Part shown: in pieces, positions 28,888 through 38,610 of the stretch
Numbering within the stretch: position 1 is the first letter of the stretch
Layout: each line of letters opens with the position of its first letter
Source of the DNA: an uncultured archaeon A07HR60
Lineage (GTDB): Archaea > Halobacteriota > Halobacteria > Halobacteriales > Haloferacaceae
DNA length: 64,000 nucleotides
Direction: 5' to 3'
NCBI GenBank assembly: GCA_000496235.1
Contig: KI543222.1
Coordinates: forward strand, 26,942 to 90,941
Translations under genes and position numbers: made by a program
Notes under the pieces: generated by a model
What the model was told of the DNA's origin: nothing
Database searches by the model: none
What the model saw: the letters and a program-made list of their open reading frames with translations, nothing else

Positions 28888-30492
28888 ATGAGTTGGACAC
28901 GTGATATCGCTGATTCTGTCTCCGACGGAGAGTACCCGCTCGGATTAACCCTGATCAGCGGCGCGATCGCCGCAACACTCGTGTTCCCGCTATCTTGGCT
29001 GGTCATCGAGGCTGTCACCGTCGACAAGGGCCGAGCCTGGGAGTTACTGTTCAGCGTGCGAACCGCGGACGTATTGGCGAACAGTCTCTGGCTGATGATC
29101 GGTGTGACCGTGAGTTCAGTTCTCCTTGGGGTTCCGTTGGCGTATCTCACGGCTCGCACGGATCTGCCATTTCGCCGGTTCTGGTCGGTCGTCGCTGCAC
29201 TCCCGCTGGTCGTGCCCAGTTATGTCGGCGCGTTCGCGTTCGTGTCTGCGTTCGGTCCGCAGGGAGAGTTTCACACTCTCTTGGCTCCGCTCGGAGTCGG
29301 GCGGGTCCCGGAGATGTCCGGGCTGGCTGGCGCGGTGTTCGTTATCACACTGTACACATATCCGTACGTGTATCTGACAACGCGGGCAGCACTGTTGTCC
29401 TTCGACACGCAGCTGATCGAAGCTGCCCGGACTCTCAATCACGGACGCTGGGACGTATTCCGGCGAGTGACACTGCCACAGACGCGGCCGGCGATCGCTG
29501 CCGGGGCGCTATTGACAGCACTGTACGCCGTTTCCGACTTCGGAACACCCTCGATCATGCGGGTCCCGGTGTTCACCCGGCAGATATTTGTCGAGTACAA
29601 TGCCTTCGGGCAAGATTATGCGGCCCTCTTATCGCTCCAACTCCTGGCGGTCGTGTTGGTGGTGTTAGCGCTGGAGCGACAGATTCGGCCCGACCAGACC
29701 GTGCAGGGTGATGATGCTGACCAGGGAGCCAATCGGGTTCAGTTAGGCGGTTGGCGGTGGCCAGCCACGCTCCTGCCCGCAGCCGTGTCGGCAGTCGCAC
29801 TGGCCGTCCCGGTGTGGATCCTGTCGCTGTGGCTCCGACGAAGCACCGTCGCCCGGCGACCGTCAATGGCGTTCGAGTGGATTCAGGTCGCTAATTCCGT
29901 CTCGGTCGCGCTGGCGGCCGCCACCGTCGCGTCGGTAGTGGCGATTCCAATCGCGTATTTCGCCGCCAATCACGACTCCCGGCTGGCGGCGCTGTTCGAA
30001 CGGACGACCTACGTCGGCTTTGCCGTCCCAGGAATCGTCCTTGCGCTGGCGCTTGTCTACTTCGGCGCCGGCTATCTCCCGTGGATTTACCAGACGCTGC
30101 CTTTACTCGTGTTTGCGTACGTAGTCCGATTCGTCCCTCAGGTGGTCGGCTCGGCCCGGACATCAATCCTTCAGGTGGATCCGCAACTCGTCGAGGCAAG
30201 CCGGACGCTTGGCCAGTCATCACTGGGTGCGTTCAGACGGGTGACACTGCCACTCGTCCGGTCTGGCATCATCGCGGGCGCCGCACTCGTGTTCTTGACG
30301 ACGATGAAAGAGCTGCCAGCGACACTCGTGTTACGCCCCTCAGGGTTCGACACTATTGTCACGCAGATCTGGCGAGCCCAAGAAACGGCCCTGTATCAGT
30401 ACGCCGCCGTTCCTGCGCTCCTCTTGCTGGGCATTTCTGGAATCTCTATGGCTGTGCTCCTCGCTCAAGAAGGCGGAGAGCGGGGACTGTGA
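28888..30492 (+). CDS. Iron ABC transporter permease (FbpB-like, two fused domains)
   Basis: RTDLPFRR, PSYVGA, YPYVY, two EAA-type loops (EAARTL, EASRTLG), SDFGTP, KELPATL. Confidence 0.92.
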   Translation: MSWTRDIADSVSDGEYPLGLTLISGAIAATLVFPLSWLVIEAVTVDKGRAWELLFSVRTADVLANSLWLMIGVTVSSVLLGVPLAYLTARTDLPFRRFWSVVAALPLVVPSYVGAFAFVSAFGPQGEFHTLLAPLGVGRVPEMSGLAGAVFVITLYTYPYVYLTTRAALLSFDTQLIEAARTLNHGRWDVFRRVTLPQTRPAIAAGALLTALYAVSDFGTPSIMRVPVFTRQIFVEYNAFGQDYAALLSLQLLAVVLVVLALERQIRPDQTVQGDDADQGANRVQLGGWRWPATLLPAAVSAVALAVPVWILSLWLRRSTVARRPSMAFEWIQVANSVSVALAAATVASVVAIPIAYFAANHDSRLAALFERTTYVGFAVPGIVLALALVYFGAGYLPWIYQTLPLLVFAYVVRFVPQVVGSARTSILQVDPQLVEASRTLGQSSLGAFRRVTLPLVRSGIIAGAALVFLTTMKELPATLVLRPSGFDTIVTQIWRAQETALYQYAAVPALLLLGISGISMAVLLAQEGGERGL

Positions 30493-30574
30493 CCGCGTCC
30501 AGATCAACGAGAGGATATTCTCAGACCGGTTGGTCTTCGCTCTGAACTACTTAATTCAGTTCAAATCAGATTCA

Positions 30575-30605
30575 GGACAGGACACGACACGGCACGGCAC
30601 GGCAC
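30575..30605. repeat. Pentanucleotide microsatellite (GACAC/GGCAC)n
   Basis: ggacaggacacgacacggcacggcacggcac. Confidence 0.7.
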
Positions 30606-30662
30606 AGCAGTGCGACAGTGGTGAAAGACGCTCGAGGCGTTCAGGCTCGTCTTCGAGGGTTA

Positions 30663-30986
30663 TCAGGGATAGCGATCGATAATGACCCTGATGCTTGGTC
30701 CATACAGGACGACTACTCGGCACCCCTGGAAGTTGAACTCGACTGACGGGCGGAAGGTGCTGTCATCGTTGGCTTTGGTTTTGAATAGCCCGTCCAGTTT
30801 GTCGGCGTCGACAAATTCCCAGAGCGGTGGAGACGTCGACAGTTCAGACCACTGGTCGATTGCCTCCGTCACCGTCGACGTGACAGCGTCTGACACCTTG
30901 ACCGGACGGTCGTACCGTCTCACAAGCTCTGTTTCAGTCGTGTACCCAGGGGTTTTCTCTAGCTCGTTGTCTTGATGTTGGCTCAT
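30663..30986 (-). CDS. HalOD1 output-domain protein
   Basis: PPLWEFVDADKLDGLF...VEFNFQGCRVVV. Confidence 0.75.
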   Translation of the reverse strand: MSQHQDNELEKTPGYTTETELVRRYDRPVKVSDAVTSTVTEAIDQWSELSTSPPLWEFVDADKLDGLFKTKANDDSTFRPSVEFNFQGCRVVVLYGPSIRVIIDRYP

Positions 30987-31065
30987 ACAATCTATACAGA
31001 CCTAAGCGAGTTAATATCATATATTATTTTATATGTGTACACAGGAAAGGGGCCGCAGGCCAATT

Positions 31066-31460
31066 TTGACCTCCTCCCACGACTTCAGTCGTGGGATTCC
31101 CACGGCACCGCACCGCTTGGTTGGGAGTGTCAGGGTTACAGATCAGTCGATATGACCGACCTCCTGGCGGGGCCAAACCGCCGTTACTCCTCTCCCCGGC
31201 ATGGCATGGGGATTCGGAGTTCCCGTCTTGTCTGAAATCCACACCAGCGGTCCACAGGGGATTCGTTCAGACGGAGCGGGAGCCGAATCCCCGAGATTAT
31301 CCGGTTCCACTGGGCGGCTGAACCGCCTCGGTGGGTCACAAAATAAGTACGAGACAATTATAACACTCCTGTATCAAGAGGCAATACGTGGGGGGCGTCA
31401 GAAGTGTCGGCTTCATCCCACGGCTGAAGCCATGATGTGGGCTTTCGCCTCGCTACCGCT
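31066..31460 (-). mobile_element. Non-autonomous IS200/IS605 mini-element (395 bp)
   Basis: Minus strand TTAC|agcggtagcgaggcgaaagcccac...ggcttcagccgtgggatgaagccgac; right end gggaatcccacgactgaagtcgtgggaggaggtcaa; internal TATA-like gttataat. Confidence 0.78.
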
Positions 31461-31500
31461 GTAATCTCAGCCGTGCAGCTAGCGATCATTGGGCCACTCA

Positions 31501-31572
31501 AGCCTAGGCCGGAATTTGAATCCGGGGTCTCGTCCTTACCAAGGACGCGCTTTACCACTAAGCTACCCAGGC
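31501..31572 (-). tRNA. tRNA-Thr(GGT)
   Basis: GCCTGGGTAGCTTAGTGGTAAAGCG-CGTCC-TTGGTAA-GGACG...GGATTCAAATTCC-GGCCTAGGCT. Confidence 0.95.
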
Positions 31573-31737
31573 ACGTATGAATAATCAGTTCGGATTCGTC
31601 TATATGGGTTACGATTCAGCGACTCCTCCCGGACAGCACTCGTAACTCGTTGCTTGCTGGACATTCACAGCCAGCACCCCCGACTCTCGATCGAACTCGA
31701 CAAGATCAAGCGCCACGACGAGATTGCGGGTCGCTAG

Positions 31738-32394
31738 TCACGGGTCAGTGGCCGACACCCGGTCTTTCGACAGTGAGACGATCCGAGTGGTGGCCGCCTC
31801 TGAGAGTGTCTGACCGGACGGGGGCAGTTGTCCGTCATGGTCGGCTGCCAGTTGTCGTGCATACGACAGCAGTGCTGTCGGTGGGTCGGTTCCGGCGATA
31901 GCGGTGCCAACGACGACCGCCAACTCGAAAACAGTCTTCTCGAGATGGCAATCGAGCGCTTCAGTGTCGGTGTCATCGCGGCCACGAAGGGTCTGATCCC
32001 GCCCAAACGTCCGGACCACCTCGACGGCCGCAGACGCGGCGTCAGTGTCGGCTAACACGGTAAATCCGCGGGCGACGAGCACATCTGCCGCCAGCACGCT
32101 CAGGTCGGCATCTTCGAACGTCGCCGAGCTGGCAGTGTCTGCCCACGGCTCATCGGCGGCCAGTGACCGGGTGAGACGGAGCCCCTCGTAGATGAGCTGC
32201 ACACCGGCTGCCTGTTTGGCGGTCGCGTTGGTATCGATATCGGCGTCGATCCCCCGGGCAGTCAACAACGCGAGAACTGCAGGGGTCATCGACGCCGCTG
32301 CGAGGCGATCCTCGATAGACGTACGGAGTTCCGGAGGCTCGATATCCGCGATGGCCTCCTGTGCCGCCTCCCGTGCCCGGACGGCGTCGTCCAT
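31738..32394 (-). CDS. Conserved haloarchaeal alpha-helical protein
   Basis: MDDAVRAREAA...AAGVQLIYEGLRLTRSL...LAADVLVARGF; acidic; start re-called from longer ORF. Confidence 0.75.
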   Translation of the reverse strand: MDDAVRAREAAQEAIADIEPPELRTSIEDRLAAASMTPAVLALLTARGIDADIDTNATAKQAAGVQLIYEGLRLTRSLAADEPWADTASSATFEDADLSVLAADVLVARGFTVLADTDAASAAVEVVRTFGRDQTLRGRDDTDTEALDCHLEKTVFELAVVVGTAIAGTDPPTALLSYARQLAADHDGQLPPSGQTLSEAATTRIVSLSKDRVSATDP

Positions 32395-32493
32395 TGAAGA
32401 GAGGTATCGCGGGCAGGGGCAAAGACCTTTTGACAGTGAGTCGACCGCGGGCAATCCGACTGTTCGCGTCTCGAATCGCACCCACACTGGTCT

Positions 32494-32860
32494 GTGAACT
32501 ACCCCACCCGACTCGCTCACGGCTCGCGCCGGTCGCTCGGTGAGAGTGGGGCTTCCTGCTTCTCTGACAGCAGTTGGAGAGACAGACGCTGTTTGCCTGG
32601 CTCCACAGCGGTGCCAGTCTCCACGGGCGTGAATGCGGAGTGTCCCACTCCTCCTCGAGAGTGACACACCGAAGATGAGGCGTGACCGCCTTTCTTGTCG
32701 GGCTCGAAGCCACGCGCACGAACAGTCCGTGTCACCATAGGAAATATTGGCTTGGTTACTCACAAACTGGTCGGGAAGTGTCGGGCGATTCATCCCCTCC
32801 CTGCTCGCTCGGCCGTCGGCCTCGCTCCCTGAGGAAGGGGGATTCTCTTTCGGCCTGCTA
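32494..32860 (-). mobile_element. Non-autonomous IS605/IS1341 mini-element (~367 bp) retaining the tnpB 3' end
   Basis: 32540-32660 is homologous to 10759-10870 (ggggcttcctg...ccacagcg...gtctccac...cggagtgtcccactcc); its micro-ORF has GVGHSAFTPVETGTAV versus TnpB GVGHSESPPVETALAV; TTCAC right end. Confidence 0.78.
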
Positions 32861-32959
32861 AATGTGACCAGCGAGGAGACGGCTCAGCTCTGGTCTCGCG
32901 AAGCCGCTGGAAAGTCCAACCACACGATATTTCCCATCGGTGTGTGCATAACCGTTCAT

Positions 32960-33760
32960 ATGGATCAACCGGTCCTGCTCACGGGTGCAGGGGGACGGGT
33001 CGGGCGCGCCATCCTCGAGGGATTGGGTGACGCGTACGACTGGCGGCTGTTTGATCGTGAGCCGTTGCTTCCCGAGCGCATCCCCGAGAGCGTCGACGAG
33101 GCCGACATCTATGTCGCCGACATCACCGACGGAGACGCAATCCGGACGGCGATGGATGAGGTGGGGGCAGTGATCCACTTGGCTGGTGACCCACGGAAGA
33201 CGGCGCCCTGGGAGAGTGTGCTCCAGAACAATATCGACGGGGCACGGGCCGTCTTCCAGGCTGCCGTCGACAAAGATGTCACCAAGGTTGCGTTCGCGTC
33301 ATCAAACCACGTCGTCAGCGCGTACGAGACTGACGACCGGACGCCAGAGATGTATCGCAAGGGTGGCGACTCCCTCCAGTTGGACGGCTCCGAATCCTCG
33401 CGGCCGGGCAACCTCTATGGCGTCTCGAAGGCGACGGGTGAACTTTTGGGCCGATATTATCACGACACGGCCGAACTATCGGTTGTCTGTGTCCGAATCG
33501 GCAATCTCACTCGGGACCATCCACCCCACGATTACGAACGGGGCCACGCGATGTGGCTGTCCTGGCGGGACTGTGCTCACCTGTTCGAGCGGTGTCTCCG
33601 CGCCGACTACGGGTTCGAAGTTGTCTACGGGATCTCTGACAACGACCGCAGATACTATTCAATCCAGGGAGCCCGGGAGACACTGGGGTACGAGCCTCGA
33701 GACAACTCCGCAGAGTTCAGTCTCGACGGCAGCTCTCGACAGCCGACAGCTGAAGAGTGA
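32960..33760 (+). CDS. azf: NAD-dependent glucose-6-phosphate dehydrogenase Azf-like (extended SDR)
   Basis: MDQPVLLTGAGGRVG, IHLAGDP, ASSNH, YGVSK, VRIGNL, MWLSWRDC. Confidence 0.8.
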   Translation: MDQPVLLTGAGGRVGRAILEGLGDAYDWRLFDREPLLPERIPESVDEADIYVADITDGDAIRTAMDEVGAVIHLAGDPRKTAPWESVLQNNIDGARAVFQAAVDKDVTKVAFASSNHVVSAYETDDRTPEMYRKGGDSLQLDGSESSRPGNLYGVSKATGELLGRYYHDTAELSVVCVRIGNLTRDHPPHDYERGHAMWLSWRDCAHLFERCLRADYGFEVVYGISDNDRRYYSIQGARETLGYEPRDNSAEFSLDGSSRQPTAEE

Positions 33761-33815
33761 TCTCAAGAGGCTAGCCGATTCGCTGGTCGGGTGCCGGCCT
33801 TTCTCGTCGCAACCG

Positions 33816-33864
33816 GTGAACTACCGCGGGGGCCAGGCCCCGAGGCACTCGCCTCGTGTCGCCT
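33816..33864 (-). mobile_element. 49 bp PATE-like element
   Basis: Minus strand CTAC|aggcgacacgaggcgagtgcctcggggcctggcccccgcggtagttcac; similar to 55899-55946. Confidence 0.65.
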
Positions 33865-34093
33865 GTAGAAATCCTCGAGTATGTGTCAGAGCGGTCTCTT
33901 CTGCCCTCTCTTGTTGTGTTGTCCGAGTCGTGGCTGTCGCGGCGTGGTTGTTTCGCCCGTCTGAACGGGGATTGATCGCTGGTTCGGTCTTTCTAGCCGT
34001 CTCACGCGGGAATGTCTCAACAACGGGAACTGAGTGTGATGGTATGTATCGCCGGAATCCGGGAGAAGACCGTCCAGCTGGACTGTGTCAGCG

Positions 34094-34750
34094 TCACTCG
34101 AATAATCCCTCAACATCGTCGTCTTCCCGCCGCCGGAGGTCGACCTGCCCGACGAGGCGCTGGTGAATCAGATCACGGTCAGCCGCGTTGCTGACGAAGT
34201 CATCAAGAAGCGAGAGAAACGTGGTCCGACCTGTCCCGCGCTGCTCGCCAGCATACCGGATGGCGTCCGCGACTGCATCGGCGTCGTATCGCGGATACTC
34301 TTCAGCGAGGGCTTCCGCAGCCGGTCCCACGGCACCAGGGCTCAAACTCTTAGCTGCTGGCAGCGTTCCGCGGTACGAGAGCCGCGGTGGGGAGGCGCGC
34401 TCGATAACTTCGGGATCGACACGAACTGTGTCGAGATATCGCCGAGCAGTCGCGACATCTACCCCGCGGTCTTCGAGAGGGTGCTCGAGGTACTCCCGCC
34501 CAGACGAGGCGAGCCCTGTAGCACCCGACCAGTTCCGTGACTGTGCGTGAAAGACGGCAGCCGTCAGTTGGATCATCCCCTGGAGGAGTCGGGCAGTATC
34601 GCTGTCGCGGTCGAGACCCAGCCACACAGACTCTAACGGAGCATGCGCAGCGTGGTACTCACCCTCATTGTAAAGCGCCAGCCCAGCCTCGAGCGCGATA
34701 CTCACCGAATCACGACCGTCGCGCCCCGGATCGTCGTCGCGGTCGGTCAT
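34094..34750 (-). CDS. DUF309 domain protein
   Basis: GLALYNEGEYHAAHAPLESVW...LLQGMIQLTAAVFH. Confidence 0.82.
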   Translation of the reverse strand: MTDRDDDPGRDGRDSVSIALEAGLALYNEGEYHAAHAPLESVWLGLDRDSDTARLLQGMIQLTAAVFHAQSRNWSGATGLASSGREYLEHPLEDRGVDVATARRYLDTVRVDPEVIERASPPRLSYRGTLPAAKSLSPGAVGPAAEALAEEYPRYDADAVADAIRYAGEQRGTGRTTFLSLLDDFVSNAADRDLIHQRLVGQVDLRRREDDDVEGLFE

Positions 34751-34900
34751 ACACTCTTCACGTGTGTCACAGACGAATTTCTTCTGGTCGAGACAATACC
34801 GAATTGAGCGGGTTTCTCCGGATAGCAATTCACGCGCGATTGACATGGACTGCCGGTGAGAACGCACTGAGTAGCGGGGAGTGCCGTGAGGAAAATTGTA

Positions 34901-34973
34901 CGTCCTGACGGAGATTTGAACTCCGGTCCCTGGCTCCGCAAGCCAAGAGGATAGTCCACTACCCTACCAGGAC
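34901..34973 (-). tRNA. tRNA-Arg(GCG)
   Basis: GTCCTGGTAGGGTAGTGGACTATCCTC-TTGGC-TTGCGGA-GCCAG...GGAGTTCAAATCTCC-GTCAGGACG. Confidence 0.95.
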
Positions 34974-35196
34974 ACAATATCACCTATCTTGGAGCGACGT
35001 AAGACCGTTACGGTATGACCGATGGGGAACGGAGACGACTGCATCGTCGGAGAGACCGTCGCGTCTCTCAGCCGGACCGGTGGGGCAGACGCCGACGCCA
35101 GCGCCGGTCGTAATGTGTCAAAAACCACGGGACAAAGCGACGGGAGTTAACCAAGGACAACGCTTATGCGCTGCGTAATCTTGTGTTCGTCCTAGC

Positions 35197-36805
35197 ATGG
35201 GAGTGATCGAAGACGTCTACGAAGATATCGAGACGGACGTCTCGTTCGAGCGGTTCGAGGAGGCAGTCACGGACAAAGTCGAGAAGATGGGAGGGCTGAC
35301 CGACGAAGAGACGGCAGCGGAGTTGATCAAACACGAGCTCAAAGATCAGGAAGTCGGGTCTATCGCCGACATTGAGCCCGGGATGGACGAGGTGAAGTTT
35401 CTTGGAAAGATTCTCTCTATTGGCGAAACGCGAACATTCGAGCGCGATGATGACGAAGACGCAGACGGAAAGGTCTGCAACGTCGAACTCGCGGACGCGT
35501 CGGGCAACGTGCGGGCCGCCCTCTGGGACAAGATGGCGGATTCGGCGACCGAACAGCTCGACGTGGGTGACGTGCTCCGGGTGAAGGGACGCCCTAAAGA
35601 GGGGTTCAACGGACTCGAAGTCAGTGTCGACCAGGCAGAGCCAGAGTTAGACGCAGATGTCGACGTCAAGATTCAAGACACCTACACGGTCGAAGAGCTG
35701 TCACTTGGGCTGTCAGATGTTAACCTGATGGCGACGGTGCTGGAAACCGAACAGGTCCGGACGTTCGACCGGGATGACGGCAGCGAGGGCCGGGTGTCGA
35801 ATCTCGTGGTGGGTGACGAGACCGACCGTGTCCGCGTGACCCTCTGGGATGGAATGGCCGACCGCGCGACGGAACTCGACACTGGCACCTCGATTGAAGT
35901 GGTCGACGGCTACGTCCGCGAGCGGGACGGCGGTCTAGAACTGCACGTGGGCGAGCGGGGCGCCATAGAGGAGATTGACGATGATATCGAGTACGTCCCC
36001 GACACGACGACAATCGCGGACGTCGAGATCGACGATATCGCAGACATCGGCGGAGGCGTGATCGAGACTGACTCGAAGAACACCTTCGATCGAGACGATG
36101 GCTCGACCGGTCAGGTGCGGAACGTGCGACTCAAAGACGACACCGGCGAGATTCGCGTTGCACTGTGGGGTGACAAAGCTGACCAGAATATCGAGTTGGC
36201 CGACGAAGTCGTCGTGACGGACGCCGAAATTCAGGAGGGCTTTCGAGACGATATCGAAGCATCAGCAGGGTGGCGCTCGACAGTAAGCGTGGTTGGCGAC
36301 AGCGCCGCCACTGACCGGTCGAGTTCGAACGCTTCGCAGGACTCGAGTACGGACGCTAATACGGGCCTGGGAGCATTCAGTGGTGCCGACACCGACGCGA
36401 ATCCAGGAGGCGAACCCACCGACGACACTACCTCGGGAGCGGGAACACAGGAGGCGGCAGCAGGCGGGACAGCCTCTCGGTCTGGAGACACCGAGATGTC
36501 CGGATCTGTCAGGCTCAGGCTCAAGCTCAAGCCCAAGCTCGGGTTCCACGGCCGGGGCGGAAGCGGGACACGGAGCTAGCTCAAGCGCAGACCAGGATGA
36601 TGGACGGGGCGAGCCAACGGCTGATGAGGCGAGCGGAGACGTCGAGTTCACCGGGACGGTCGTCCAAGCGGGTAATCCGGTGGTGCTGGACGATGGGAAA
36701 CAGACGAAAAGCGTCGAAACGGACGCGGAGCTCCGGCTGGGTGAAACAGTGACGGTCCGCGGGAGCGAGCGGGACGGCCGGATCGACGCTGACGACGTGT
36801 TCTGA
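35197..36805 (+). CDS. Replication protein A (multi-OB ssDNA-binding protein, RPA2/RpaC type); apparent frameshift near 36508
   Basis: Three OB folds (RTFERDD/RTFDRDD/NTFDRDD, VRAALWD); last OB domain VEFTGTVVQAGNPVVLDDG...DDVF lies in the +1 frame. Confidence 0.88.
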
Positions 36806-36902
36806 TTAGCCGTCGCCGATTGTTCTCGCGGCATGATATCGGCCGAACGGCCGAATCCACCCGATAAAAAAGGTTATACGACGCACGGACGCCAAAGTGT
36901 GT

Positions 36903-37334
36903 ATGAGTGTCGAGCTGCCGTTCGCCCCCGTCGATCAGGTCATCCGGCGGAATGCGGGGAATCTCCGGGTAAGTGCTGACGCTGCAGAGGAGCTGGCGCG
37001 ACGGATCCAAGCTCACGGCGCGGAGTTGACGAAAGAAGCCGCCGAGCAAGCGACAGGAAATGGCCGCAAAACACTGATGGCGGCCGACTTCGGAGTGGAA
37101 CAGGTGATTGACCGTGAGGAACTGACACTCCCAATCGCACCAGTGGACCGGATAGCCAGACTACGTATCGGTGACCAGTATCGTGTGGGCATGAGTGCCC
37201 GGATCGCGCTGGCTGATATCCTCGAAGACTATGCCGACAGTGTGGCAGCCGCAGCCGCGCGGCTGGCGAGACATGCCGACCGGCGAACGGTCCAGGCGGA
37301 AGACATCGAGACCTACTTTGATCTGTTCCAGTAA
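36903..37334 (+). CDS. hstA: Haloarchaeal histone (tandem histone fold)
   Basis: ELPFAPVD...RVSADA...GRKTLMAAD and LPIAPVDRIAR...DRRTVQAED. Confidence 0.95.
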   Translation: MSVELPFAPVDQVIRRNAGNLRVSADAAEELARRIQAHGAELTKEAAEQATGNGRKTLMAADFGVEQVIDREELTLPIAPVDRIARLRIGDQYRVGMSARIALADILEDYADSVAAAAARLARHADRRTVQAEDIETYFDLFQ

Positions 37335-38326
37335 TGCAGTTTGGCTACACTGAGCACTGTCTCGAACACGACACCGGTCCCCGGCACCCGGAGACGGCCG
37401 ACCGATTGCAGGCGATTCGTGAAGGGCTTAAGCAACGGTATGAGGTGGTGTATCGCGAGCCAGAGTTATCTTCACGTGAGGCCATCAGACAGGTCCACGA
37501 CCCAAGCTACGTCCAAGATGTAGAATCGTTTTGTCGGGACGGGGGTGGCAAGTGGGACGCTGATACCATCGCCAGCGAGGCGACCTGGGAGGCAGCACTT
37601 GCTGCCGCCGGATTGGCCGAGTGGGCCGCCAAGACCGCCCTTGAGGGGGCAAGCGGCCGGAAAACCCCATTCGCGCTTGGGCGACCACCGGGTCATCACG
37701 CCGTCTTCGACGACGCGATGGGATTTTGCTTTTTCAATAATACTGCTGTCGCCGCAGAATCAGCACTCGAAAGTAGCGCCGACAGTGTGGCAATCATCGA
37801 CTGGGATGTCCACCACGGAAACGGGACTCAGGACCTGTTTTATGACCGGAACGACGTGTTTTACGCCTCGATTCACGAAGAAGGGTTATATCCCGGAACT
37901 GGTGAGGCGAACGAGACAGGCACTGGCGTTGGCGAGGGGGCGAACCTGAACGTTCCTCTCCCATCGGGCGTCCCTGACTCCGGGTACCTGCACGTTATCG
38001 AGGAAGTGATTGTCCCTGCGTTCGACCGATTTGACCCCGACCTACTACTGGTGTCTGCTGGCTTCGACGCCCACCAGCAAGACCCGATCTCTCGGATGCA
38101 TCTGTCGACAGAAGGATACGCACTTCTGACAGACCGGCTTCGACGACTGGGAGTCCCGACGGGCTATGTGCTGGAAGGCGGATATGGCCTGGAAACGCTG
38201 GCGGACGGCGTCGCGATGGTACACGAAACCTTCGACGGTCGTGACCCAATCGTCCCGGACGGTGACCCGAACCGTGACATCGTGGATCTCACCGCAACCC
38301 TCCGTGAGGAGTTTGGGCTCGACTGA
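37334..38326 (+). CDS. Histone deacetylase family protein
   Basis: HPETADRL, RPPGHHA, GFCFFNN, DWDVHHGNGTQ, SAGFDAH, LEGGY. Confidence 0.95.
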   Translation: MQFGYTEHCLEHDTGPRHPETADRLQAIREGLKQRYEVVYREPELSSREAIRQVHDPSYVQDVESFCRDGGGKWDADTIASEATWEAALAAAGLAEWAAKTALEGASGRKTPFALGRPPGHHAVFDDAMGFCFFNNTAVAAESALESSADSVAIIDWDVHHGNGTQDLFYDRNDVFYASIHEEGLYPGTGEANETGTGVGEGANLNVPLPSGVPDSGYLHVIEEVIVPAFDRFDPDLLLVSAGFDAHQQDPISRMHLSTEGYALLTDRLRRLGVPTGYVLEGGYGLETLADGVAMVHETFDGRDPIVPDGDPNRDIVDLTATLREEFGLD

Positions 38327-38610
38327 GAGTCTCCTGGAGTCGGATGTCGGATCGGACACGGGCTGTTGGCAGATCTGCCCGCCAGTATCTGGACTGGGCT
38401 TCGGCTGGTCGCGCACGTACAGACGACAACACACGAGTGACTGCCGGGGTCGATCAGACTATTATCCGCAAACAGCGCGGATGAATTGACCTCCGCGTCC
38501 GGTTCGTGAGGCTTCTGGAGTGGCACACCAGGCGCGGTCACAAATCGCTCGGGTGAGAAGACGAGATGAGACGAGACGACGACTCAAACTGCGATGTCCC
38601 GGTAGCTGAC

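Noticed and set aside
31066..31572. Integrative element at tRNA-Thr
   Set aside because: No integrase and no duplicated tRNA 3' end seen; the neighbour is an IS605-type mini-element 40 bp away
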